Below, piece after piece: positions 1-11,388 of a stretch of DNA of 64,000 nucleotides. This DNA is from Sphyrna mokarran (lineage: Eukaryota): the NCBI GenBank assembly GCA_024679065.1, contig JAGIQG010000016.1:50158001-50222000 (forward strand), read 5' to 3'. Position 1 is the stretch's first letter. Every line of letters begins with the position of its first letter. Position numbers and translations under genes: made by a program. The notes under the pieces are model-generated. The model was not told the DNA's origin. It saw only the letters and a program-made list of their open reading frames with translations, and did not search any database.

Positions 1-3000
1 GACCTCTATGATTGTTAGAACACTGGATCAACACAGCACGGCAGACATATGCAGTATACTGAGTGCGCTTTTCACCTGCTAGAGGACATAGAAAACAAAC
101 ATAGAATAAAACTATAGCATAATACAAAGCTGTGCTGAACATGTCCCTACCTTAGAGGTTACTAGGCTTATCTATAACCCTCTATCTTACTAAGTTCCAT
201 GCACTTATCTAAAAGTCTCTTAAAAGACCCTATCGAATCTGCCTCCACTACCGTTACTGGCAGCCCATTCCATGCACCCACCACGATCTGAGTGAAAAAC
301 TTACCCCTGATATCTCGTCTACACCTCTGTTATCTTTGTGTGAGGGCATGAAAATAACAGAAGTTACAATAAAAAAGTCATCCTTTGGCTCAAACAATTG
401 TGATTAGTGAGCAAATAGTTCAAATCATACATACTTTGATCAATAACATCTTATTTCCTTATCTTTAATTCACATATCTGATGATCGCAACAATTAATCC
501 TGGCAAGAATTCCACAGTGCATTACTCCTGGTATAAACCAGCTCTGTTCTATTATTTAATTTCATTTTAGTAGACATTTCTCAGATCTTGGCTACTGGAA
601 ACTATTTATTCTTCTTCACAATTCCAGCACATGATCTGCATTTTTTCTAATGAAAATAAGCTACTGTAATCTTTCATATTAGTGTGATAATGCATCTGTG
701 TTTTCTCCAAAGCCACAAAAGTTTTCTGTACCATGCAGCCCAGTACCTCACACAATAATATAAGTTCACAGCAGTGGGGTTGATTCTTAAATGCCTTCTG
801 AAAATGGTCCAGCAAACCACTAAGTTCAAGGACAATTAGGTAATAAATGCTGGTCTAGTCACTGACGTCCACTTCCCACAAAAGATAGGGAAAGACTATA
901 ACTAATGACTCATCATAGTATTACATAGGCTCATCATTGTCTTTTCCAAAATATTCTGATTTCTAGAATTCCATTAGTTTTTTTTAAAAATGGTTTTGTC
1001 AGCCTTTGAGGTCATATGAGCCTATATCTCCAAACCCTTTTGTCCTTTCACAGCACTTTACCTACAAGTGCAATGACTTATTGTCAATAAGACACATTAC
1101 CTCATACAAATTGACAATTGGTTCCATAATGACTTTGTAATCCAGCCTCCATCTAACTGAACTGAAATCAACATATTGTAAATGGATGCTAATAACCTGA
1201 AAGAGGAAATGCTGGTAAACTGAGCAGGTTTGGCAGCTTCAGTGGAGAGAGAAACAGAGATAATGTCAAGTCATATGGAATCAAAACATTAACCCTTTCT
1301 CCTTCCACAGTCGAAATAAACTAATAAAATGCGCTCCAACTTTCACACGCACGAAGTAAGTACTGAGGAAGGTAGATTAAGCACGCCAATAACATTAAAG
1401 GGAGATACAGTTTTTGGATGAATTGACTGGTTTCTATGATCCTGAGCTGATGACATTGCGATGATTTAAAGATGTAAGTGGAAAACTTCTTCTAGAGACA
1501 GTAATGCTGGAGTAAATCCTTGACAGCAGGGTCTTTCAAAGTGCGGGTCATTATTGTGTGTGGGTTGTAGGGATGTTGAACATGGTTTACCAGGTATTCT
1601 GTTTTAACAAAATGCGGGATGTTCTGAGATCCTTTTCAAAAGAAAAGTGGGATATTTTGTGGTCCTATTCACTATATTGTATAAGATTTTGTGATCCTGT
1701 TCCAAAGAAAAGTGGGATTTTGATTTATTACTGTCACGTATTAGTATATCGTGAAAAGTATTGTTTCTTGCGTGCTATACAGACAAAACATACTGTCCAC
1801 AGAGAAGGAAAGGAGAGCGTGCAGAATATAGTGTTACAGTCATAGCTAGGGTGTAGAGAGAGATCAGCTTAGTGCGAAGTAAGTCCATTCAAAAGTCTGA
1901 TGGCAGCAGGGAAGAAGCTGTTCTTGAGTAGGTTGGTGCATAAATAATATGCATTTTGTAGAAGACAGTTTGACAATAAGGATCTCTTGACTCAGACAAT
2001 GACATAGCCAGCATAAAGAGAAATAAATTAGCTTGCCTGATACAATTCAAGTTATGTACACTTTATGAAAGGAAAAGGTAAGGTGGTATATTTTTAAAAT
2101 GTGTAGTAAATCCTGTTTAGATTGCGACTGTAGCAACAATATTGCAGCTTTCCTGGGCATTGTGTCATAAGGGGCAGCCATTTTGTAGAAGGGAATCTCT
2201 GGGGGGGAAAAGAATTGAAAACTATTCTTTTAAAGAAATCTCAGTCTGCAACACTGGGGTAGCTACAATCAACAAACATGGTTCAAAAGGTTGGACTGGA
2301 AAGAGAAAGGAAGGAACCCATTTGCCTCTTAATCCTTCTGCATCTCAGTTGCTAATGTTTAAAAAGATAGCATTGGTTTATAGTATGTCCCATGACTGAT
2401 CCTCTCCAAATAATCTGTAACTCAAACACACTGGTGACTAATGTATTCCACTTGTGACTCAATTAAATCATGCCTGAGTATCTCTTTCTTAACCACTGTC
2501 CACATGATTAGTGATTGGGTTAAATAGTTTGTCTCCAGCCAATTATCTCAGGTTATTGTCTTGCTGTTTTGTTAATGGAACAGAAGGTGCGATTGACTTA
2601 GGTTTCCCTGCGGGGTCTTCATCGCAGTAGTACAAAGGTACAGCTATGCAAATTGTGTAGTCATAGAAGCGTTGAAAGATATGGTGCAGAAAGAAGCCAT
2701 TCAGCCCATCATCTTTGCTCCAGCCAAAAAGAGAGAAACTAGCGACTCATTTTAGTCCCGTTCTCCAGCACCTTGCAGGTTACAGCACTTGGTACCTGGA
2801 CGCGTTAAAATGAGGGTTTCAGACTCAACCACCAAGTTGGGCAGTGAATTCCAAATGCCCACTATCCTCAGGGCACAGGATTTACCATCCAACCCACCAT
2901 GTACTATGTGGTAGCTGGAGATGGCCTGTCGTTGGCTGGTGGTGGGATCTTTCGATCCTGGTATTGTCAACACGGGTTTAATGCACCCCTCGCTCCAACA

Positions 3001-3629
3001 AAATCCACGGCAGAGATGTGCCACTGACAGAGCTGGAAAATGAATGGCCAGGAAGTTCCGACAAGAGTGAAAAGTTTTTCCTCATGTCCTCTCTAACTAC
3101 CTTTAACTCTGAACTCAAGTCACTGGAATGCAATTTTTAATCTCTATTTCTTAAAAGTTTAATTTGACTTTCCAGTTGATAGATTCAAAAAATCAAAATG
3201 AACATAAAGCATAACATTTTCATAACAGTACAATGTATTAATTGCCTTTGTGCTAAATATCATTACGTCTCCTTTCAACTAATAAAGAGCTAAATTTCTT
3301 GAGAAATAGCATTTCAGTCAGAGATCAAGCATCATACCTCTCATAACTATTCACACAATTTGTTTCAACAACCTCAGTTTCTTCTCAATTATATCTTTGT
3401 AACTTTTAAAAAAATTACAAACAAGTTAGTTCCACACCCAGCTCTCACATTTGTTTCTTCATTGGCCAGTATGGACATGTCTCTCCTGTTACAACAAACG
3501 ATGTATAATTGTGGATAATATCACCTTGGAGATACTTAGCCTAAATGGGTACCCACCTTCGCTCAGGGATATAATTAAAGAGTCATAGTCATTCTACAAC
3601 ATGTCCTAAAACAAACAAAGATTATGGTT

Positions 3630-3790
3630 ATAAAGGCAAAATACCGTCTGCTGGAATCTGAAACAAAAACAGAAAATGCTGAAAAATCTCAACAGGTCTG
3701 ACAGCATCTGTGGAGAGAGAATAGAGCCAATGTTTCGAATCAGAATGATATGAGGTTATCCAGACTTGAAATTTTAGCTCTATTCTCACA
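3630..3790. mobile_element. Second Penelope-like terminal family, fold-back copy (others at ~1180-1310, 32280-32405, 32465-32625, 33160-33290, 34180-34270, 38835-39020, 62040-62160)
   Basis: Recurrent AAAACAGAAAATGCTGGAAAATCTCAGCAGGTCTGACAGCATCTGTGGAGAG module, often joined to its own reverse complement. Confidence 0.6.
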
Positions 3791-5341
3791 GTTGTTTCCA
3801 AACAACTTGGAAACTTAAAATCAAAAAAGAAAGTATCAGTTTTCCACCTGGAAGTTCTCCCCAATAAGGTAACAATATCTTTAAGGATTAGCATTAGCAA
3901 TAGTGTTTAGCATTTCATTGCTGCATTTTTAAGAAACATTTTTGAAATGGGCAGCATGGTTGTACAGTTCTTCTGCTTCACAGCGCCAGGAACCTGGGTT
4001 TGATTCCTGGCTTGGGTCACTGTCTGTGTGGAATTTGCACGTTCTCCCCGTGTCTACGTGGGTTTCCTCTGGATGCTCTAGTTTCCTCCCACGTTCTGAA
4101 AGACATGCTGGTTAAGGACACTGAACAGGCACCGGATTGTGACGACGAGGGGAATTTCAAAGTAACTTCACTGCAGTGTTAATGTAAGCTTTACTTGTGA
4201 TTAATAAATAAACTTTTTAAAGTGAAATATTTGAAGGATACAGTTTTCTTTAGTCCCCCCGTTATTTATTTTCCAGTTTGACAATTTATCTTTTTGGAAA
4301 ACTGCTTATGCATTTTATATTTCCCTGACTTTTACCTATAATTGGAAGTCTATATCCAGTATATGATGGTTAGATGTAATTTGGAAATCTAGTTAATCCA
4401 AATTGGTTGTTAGTGGAAGGTGGAGTAGACATAATCATTAGGATGGTGAGAGTTTTCTTCATTCAAAAATTAAAACATACAGGCTGGAATTCTCTGACAT
4501 CACCCGCGGCTGGGATCCTGCAATCCTGCTGCATTGAATGGCATCTTGGCTGAGCGCCAAATTCTCTGTTGTCACTGGCAACAGTGGCAGGACGAACCAG
4601 ATTGGAGAATTCTGGCCATAGTTTCGGTAATGTATTTAAGGATGAATAGGCAAAATTCAAAGGTAAAAGTAATATTGTTTTCATAATAATATTAGTCTGC
4701 TTCTTAAAGCAGCAGGATGTGGTTTGAATCCCATGTGAAATAGATATACAAACATCAAATTACAAAACAGTTAAGGGTGCTAATAGGTTACACATACTGG
4801 TATTAACCTTATATCCATTTAAAGTTCCGACTGAACAATTTTTCAATTTGTTCTTGGGTTGTGATCATCACTGGCAAGCGAGCATTATTACCCATCTCTA
4901 ATTGCACTTAAGATGGTGTTGATGAGCCACCTTTTTGAACTGCTGCATTCCATGTGGTGCAGGTATATTCAGAGTGCTGTTAGAGAGGGAGGGAGTTCTA
5001 GGATTTGATCCAGTGATAATGGAGGAACAAACATATTCCAAATCAGGGAGATGTGCGCCTCGGATGGGAACTTGAAAATAGTCATTTTTCCTTGCATAAG
5101 TGCCTTCATTCTTTGAGGTTATACAGGCCAAAGGAGTTGCGTCAAAGGAGCTTTGGTAAGTGCTGCAGTGATGATATACTCTGCTGCTACAGTTTGCCAA
5201 TGGGAGTGAATGTTTAAATGGTGAATTAGATACTGATCAAGTGGATTGCTTTGTGCTGGATGGTATCAAGCTTTTTCTTTGGTTCTGCACTCAATCAGGC
5301 AAGTAGACATTACATTCTTGACATATGTTTTGTAGATGATG

Positions 5342-6093
5342 ATGTAGAGATACCGGCGTTGGACTGAGGTAAACACAGTAAGAGGTCTGACAACACCAGT
5401 TTTAAATCCAACCGATTTATTTGATAGTAAGCTCACAAGCTTTCGGCTTTATAGCCTTCGTCAGGTGAATGAGATGTTCTGGTCTGCAATAGCACACATA
5501 TCAACACAGACAGTTTACAGATTGCTGATTAGAATGCAAATCTTTACACCTAACCTGCTATTCAAGTCTTAAACTGGCTAACAATGTGAGTTCCCCCATG
5601 GTAAATGAATCAGACTTTCAGAAGCTGCTACATAAAATCTGTGCACCTTTTGACAGAGACAGAGAGAAATGTGCATGCTTGGGCAGTAAAAGCAGTTTAG
5701 TTCATCCACATTCTTTCAGTTTAATAGTATGCTAAATACTCTTTTTGTCTTAAAAGCAATAAACATTCACACAGAATGATAAGCTGTGCTCACTTGCACC
5801 TAATCAATCAATGTTCAGAGTTGGTCCAATGACCTATCCTTGTCCTTAGCAGCATGGTGGCACAGTGGTTAGTGCTGCAACCTCACATTGTTAGCCACTT
5901 TAAGACTTGAATAGCAGGTTAGGTGTAAAGATTCGCATTCTAATCTGCAATCTGTAAACTGTCTGTGCTGATATGTGTGCTATTGCAGACCAGAACATCT
6001 CATTCGCCTGATGAAGGCTATAAAGCCGAAAGCTTGCGAGTTTACTATCAAATAAATCAGTTGGATTTAAAACTGATGTCGTCAGACCTGTAA
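5342..6093. mobile_element. Composite Penelope-like insertion: inverted terminal arms (5383-5590 / 5882-6089) enclosing captured local DNA; 12-bp TSD
   Basis: 208-bp inverted arms with about 11 mismatches by hand count; TSD TTGTAGATGATG at 5330-5341 and 6094-6105; CTGA(T/C)GA..GAAA core in each arm. Confidence 0.8.
6008..6045 (+). ncRNA. Minimal hammerhead-ribozyme-like motif in Penelope-like terminus (second copy on minus strand ~5428-5464)
   Basis: CTGATGA-A-GGCT(ATAA)AGCC-GAAA-GCT(TGCG)AGT-T: core, stem II and a short stem III; stem I not clearly resolved. Confidence 0.55.
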
Positions 6094-7488
6094 TTGTAGA
6101 TGATGGGCAGGTTTGGGGAATCAGGAGATGAGTTAACAGATGCAGAATTCCCTGCCTCCCACCTGCTCTTGTAGCCACAGTATTTATATGGGCGATCCAG
6201 TTAAGTTCCCATTCAATGTTAACCTTCAGAATGTTGATGGTAGGGAACTCAGCAATTGTAACTCTGAGTTACCATTGCTGAACCCCTACCATCAAGAGGA
6301 ATTGGCTGGATTCTTTCTTGTTGGAGATAGTCATTGCCTGGCACTTGTGTGCCATTCAAGTTACTTGCCGCATAGCAGCCCAAGCCTGAACATTGTCTAG
6401 GAATTTTACTGCATACTGGCACAGCTATACTACATGCACCATGCTCTTTTCTAGTGGCTAGCTTATGAAAATCCTCCACGGATGAATACCAAACCGATAC
6501 TGAGGTTTTCCAGATTCTTAGAGGAAGATTTGATCATTGGGCAAACAATGCAAACTGTTGCTGACTATGAAACTGTACATCATTGAGACTCAACTGTCTG
6601 CAACATAGGACAAAGGAGAGGGCAAGGCAGAAGATGAAAATTAAGTATAGAATTTTTTAAGCTCACACATACATTGCTTCCAGTCTTAGATGATTCAGAC
6701 ACCTGGGTCATCTAAGGTATTGTATATGCTAGCAATGACTCACAGAGTGACAGGCCTTGCCATATCCATCAAGTGTTCCAAACAAATGATTAATACTAAT
6801 ATCCCAATGTAACCTTATCTTTAAGGTATTTTATCTGATGAGGAAGAAAGGACATTCGCTGAAAGAGGAAAATATAAAGCAAATAAAAGAAGCATGTCTG
6901 TTTTTTGTTTTTAGGTACCAGAGGTAATTCTACAGTGTTGAAACTTGTGTCCCAGGTAGAAAATATCAATTGAAAATGGGATGTTCCAATAGAAATACTG
7001 AACTGGGTACTGTTTATATCCTCTGTTGGAAACATCAGATTCAAAGATAAAATATAGAAAGGGAACTTTCAATGAAAATTCAGACAGATATTTTGCTACA
7101 TTGTTAATTGCAGTATTATTTACCGATTTTAAATTAACTTTTGAGTTTTTATTCAAACTGTTGAAAATATACAGTATAAACTGGTGTCTTTCATGTCTTA
7201 TCCTAGTTATGCAATGTCTGTCAGGGCCTTCTATCATCCTGATCTCGAATCACTTTTCTACTAAAAATAGTGAATGGATCCTGCAATTACAAATTAATGG
7301 TCTCCAGCTCTGATCATTATTTCCTGATGTGCAGTCTTTTCTTTTGTGCCTGCAATGAATGATCGACAAGATTTAGAGCAAATTTAAATGCTATTTTAAA
7401 AAGAAAATTCTGCATCAGAGTGATAGAGCACCAAATCACAAGAGAAACAATGGATATAGTGAAGTAAAATGTTAAATTTGTTCTGCAG

Positions 7489-7780
7489 CCATGGTAAATG
7501 GATCAGGCTTTCAGAAGCTGCTACAAAAAATCTGTACATCTTTTGACAGAGACAGAGAGAGATGTGCATGCTTGGGCAGTAAAAGCAGTATAGTTCATCC
7601 ACATTCTTTCAGTTTAATAGTATGCTAAATACTCTTTTTGTCTTAAAAGCAATAAACATTCACACAGAATGATACGCTGTGCTCACTTGCACCTAATCAA
7701 TCAATGTTCAGAGTTGGTCCAATGACCTATCCTTGTCCTTAGCAGCATGGTGGCACAGTGGTTAGTGCTGCAACCTCACA
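7489..7780 (+). repeat. Donor segment duplicated at 5596-5887
   Basis: 292 bp, about 8 mismatches by hand count, no indels; unique DNA plus the first ~40 nt of a V-SINE. Confidence 0.95.
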
Positions 7781-8042
7781 GCGTCAGGGACTCGGATTTG
7801 ATTTCTGGCTTTGGTCACTGTCTATGTGGAGTTTACACATTCTCTCTGTTTGCATGGGTTTCCTCCAGGTGCTCTGGTTTCCTCCCACAGTCCAAAAGAC
7901 ATACTGGTTAGGTGCATTGACCATGCTAAATTCTCCCTCAGTGTACTCGAGCAGGTGCCAGAGTGTGGAAACTGGGGGATTTTCACAGTAATTTCATTGC
8001 AGTATTAATGTAAGCTTACTTGTGATACTAATAAATAAACTT
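7740..8042 (+). mobile_element. tRNA-derived V-SINE (HE1-like), tail type A; others at ~3949-4215(+), 16132-16415(+), 16973-17262(+), 27790-28065(+), 35019-35305(+), 44546-44822(+), 46612-46925(-)
   Basis: A box TGGCACAGTGG, B-box-like GGTTCGATTCC, V-domain TGTGGAGTTTGCACATTCTCCCCGTGTCTGCGTGGGTTTCCTCC; tail TAACTTCATTGCAGTGTTAATGTAAGCCTTACTTGTGAC..TAATAAATAAAC. Confidence 0.85.
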
Positions 8043-10557
8043 TTTCAAAAGAGAGGAACAGGGAGATTAATAATGGCAGGGTGGTGGGAGAGCATTTCTC
8101 TCACTGTTTTGCCCTGTCTTCCTTCTGCCTGTGTTTTATGAAGTAATGTTAGTAGTCTTTGCATCTTTCGTTTGTAAATTTTCAATAACAAAAAGGTTTT
8201 CCTCACTTATGCCGCAAAAGTATCAATTTGGACTGTGAACATGTAAATAATGTGATGGTGTTCATCCTGTTCTTTTAAGAACATGAATTTTCTTTTTACC
8301 TTCGATACTCATAGTATTCCAAATCCTCAATTTAGAAAAATGCTAATTTATTCATACTTTGTATGCCCACTTTAATAAAATCGACCTCATTCCCATTTGA
8401 AATGATAGTCTTTCTAATGAAAAATAATTCACTGGAGCAACAGTCCTTCTCTTGATCTATGACATTAGGTGCCTTGTCATATTAAGATCTATTTTTATCA
8501 ACTATATGTTTATTACTTGTTTGCAAAAATCAAAATTTAGAACTGCACAATTAGAGATTTTAAAACATTGCATAACCATACAAATCTTTTAAAAAAATGT
8601 TTAGGCCTCAAAAATAGCATCATCACAAAGCAATGTGATGATGTAAATTCTTCTCTTTGCTGTTAAAATAAAGCTGGTTAATGCTGCAATTGAAATAATA
8701 GTATTTCATAATGCACTCTCGTGTCACCAGAGATTACTACTGTATGGGCCATGCCCATATATATATATACATATATATATATAAATCATGTGACTGCCAC
8801 ACATCGTTATATAACTTGGAATTTAGATATACTGTTACCACAAAATCTACAATATACCCATTAACAAATTGACTGCAACAGATCAATCACAAGCTGCAAT
8901 CAAGCAACTCAAATAGTTAAATGTAACATCTGCACAATTTGTTCAATTCAGCCTTAAGAGGTCAAGAATTTCACAGAACATGGAAGGTGGCCATTTGGCC
9001 CATTGAGTCTGCATCAACTCTCTGATAAAGTATCTTAGCCAGGCCCTTTTATCCTACATATTTACCTTGCTCTTCCCCCTAATCTACACGTCCTGGAACA
9101 CTTAAGGGCAATTGAGAAAGCAAATCCACCTAACAAGTGACTTGGAGCCACTTGTATAAGCAGTTACCATTGATCTCTGTAGATTATTCCCAATCATTCT
9201 TCAACAATCTGGATATATAAACTGTAAGCAGGAGCCTACACAGCAGTTTCTCATTCTTCACTAATTCTGAGCTGGAATTGGCTTTTTCTCACAATGTAAA
9301 AATACTTTCAATATCAGCATTTGTATGCTAAATATATTGTTTTATATGCTGCTTTTGTTCACAGATCATAGGAAGATTTGATAAGTAAAAAAGTTCGGTA
9401 CTCACAAAGTAACTCATGTAATACATCTTATTTTGCTTGCTATACATTTGTTATAATGCCTTCTGCAGGGGCCATGCAGCACCATATAATATTCCATTAA
9501 AGAACAAGTTTCCTTGTGAAAAATATTGCAATAAAAGCAGCAACTCTATTCTGAACGTGGAATATGATAAAATATGGATATACTGCCCAGTTGTTAGGTA
9601 CGAATCTCAGCACCACAATGGTGATGATTTGCAATTTATCACCGGAACGTAAAACTGTCTTGTGGGTTATCCGTTACAAAAACTGTCTCCTCTTCCATCA
9701 GATCGATACAAAACTTTCCATAAAGACCAACACCGACCTTAGTTTCTGGTGGCAAGTTGTAAATTGCCACCAGCATCTCCACTTGCTGAAGGAGAACATG
9801 GCAGCTTGAATACAAATGTGCCGATGGAGTGGCCAGTGAGTTGAACCTCCCTCAGTTTCTTCATGATGAAGTTTCCCAGTGGAAAGAATAATGGTCAACA
9901 CAGCACAGAAATCCAACATGTAAATGAACACATTTAGGTTTTTCTGAAAATGTTCACAATTCAAATATTCTCTTGCTGGATAAAAGAGTGGGACAAGATG
10001 ATACCGGACAAAAACGAGGAAAAATACATGTGTTTTTAATTGAAGTTTTTGTTCCCGACTGGCTGAGTACATACAGTGTCACGTCGCAAATTTCACTTCA
10101 TACACAAGTGAAATTACAACTCGATGAACAGTAAAACAAAACAGATACAAGCCATAGGGTAACCTTCCAAATCCGTGCTGGCAGTGGGCGTAGAACCAGA
10201 CACGTTGCTGTGACTTGCATTGAAATCAAATGCCAGCAATTTTCCAGTGTGTGCTGGGAGCAGGCAAGAGTCCCTGCTGGCAACACATAACTTGGAAAGT
10301 GACCCCTCCCTGGACTTGGAACCAAGGCAAACGATTCTGTCATTTATACATTATATCATACAAGGATACATTTTCCACTTTGTGTTCATGGCTTTACGCC
10401 TTGTCCACTGAGCATATTATTCAAGGAAGCAACCAGCTCAGCCCGTCATTTCCCCAATGTCAGTCTCAACGGAGGGGAAATAAAGGATTGCATTCACATG
10501 ATTTTTCACTATACATGTTGGGTGGTGAAGAACCCACAGAAAATTCACCTACTAATC

Positions 10558-10563
10558 TTTAAT
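10558..10563 (-). terminator. candidate polyadenylation signal (ATTAAA); alternatives at 10035-10040 (ATTAAA), 8509-8514 and 8347-8352 (AATAAA)
   Basis: Hexamer on the gene strand about 730 nt after the stop, followed by a GU/U-rich tract (TTTTCTGTGGGTTCTT). Confidence 0.35.
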
Positions 10564-11292
10564 ACAGTACCTGTAAAATGTAAAGCACCCAAATCTAATC
10601 AACACACATTACAATGCAAAGCCAGTTCTTACAGCACAAGCGAGGGGGTGAGGTGGGAGGGAAGCAGTTTGATGACATCAAATCTCTTCTGAGAAATGGA
10701 CCCCACACCCTTCTAAAAACATGATGGAAAAAGTTAACAGTTTTCACCTTAGCCCTCATGTAACATGATGTACCTTGGTATGATTCATTGAAGTTACAAC
10801 AGAGCAAATGTAGCAGTGTTTACAAACTGACAAGTCCAACAAGTAAAAAAAGGTACAATGTATAAAATTCAAGATGTAATATCTTTCTAACTGATAAAGA
10901 CTAATAACTAGCACCACAGTGATGAGAAACCCTTGTTCTGAGGTAACCATGAAGCACCATTGACATTTACACAGTTAAAAAGCTGTGTTTGTACAGATCC
11001 CAAAATGACACACTGTAAAGGGAACATGTTTCTTTGAAACAGTGCACATTGTAACTGGCACACACGAAAGGAATTTAAACAATTGAACTATTTCAGCTTA
11101 ACAGTCACTATGTCTGTGTTGAATGAGTGAGCCAGATTTCTAATGATTGAGGTGATGGAGCGAAGAGAGGAGGTGAACTGTCACAAAAATGTAAAAATAT
11201 TCAAACAATCACAGATGCATTCAGTGCCTGGATGTCAACAGAGATGATATTATAACCTGTTGATTTTTTTTTTACTGGTTGTCTCTATCGGT

Positions 11293-11388
11293 TCACTCCT
11301 CACAGATAGGGCAACATTCATCTTGCTTCGTTACTGGATTGTTGCAGCTCTGAGGGCAGGTTGTCACCACACATTTGACCTCTGTATC
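11293..11388 (-). CDS. PXDNL: exon ~23 coding part, second half of VWC and stop
   Basis: CTACTTACAG|GAT ACA ...; [31 protein letters not shown]; completes a 10-Cys VWC domain. Confidence 0.92.
   Translation of the reverse strand, partial: DTEVKCVVTTCPQSCNNPVTKQDECCPICEE

Larger units (their letters stand above)
4845..6420 (-). mobile_element. 3' fragment of a CR1/L2-group LINE, interrupted by the composite insertion
   Basis: Decayed ORF2 end (...MQQFKKVAHQHHLKCN); sequence resumes after the TSD; same family on + strand at ~41750-42015. Confidence 0.7.

Noticed and set aside
1628-1722. ~30-bp direct repeat pair (GATCCT.TTC.AAAGAAAAGTGGGAT) as an array
   Set aside because: Only two units, within a probable decayed transposon; not CRISPR-like, and the DNA is eukaryotic.
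3949-4030. tRNA genes
   Set aside because: All A/B-box matches I found are SINE heads running into SINE bodies, with no full cloverleaf.
6911-7313. Overlapping 108-aa (-) and 95-aa (+) ORFs as a neighbouring gene (e.g. an SNTG1 3' end)
   Set aside because: No recognisable motif or convincing splice structure.
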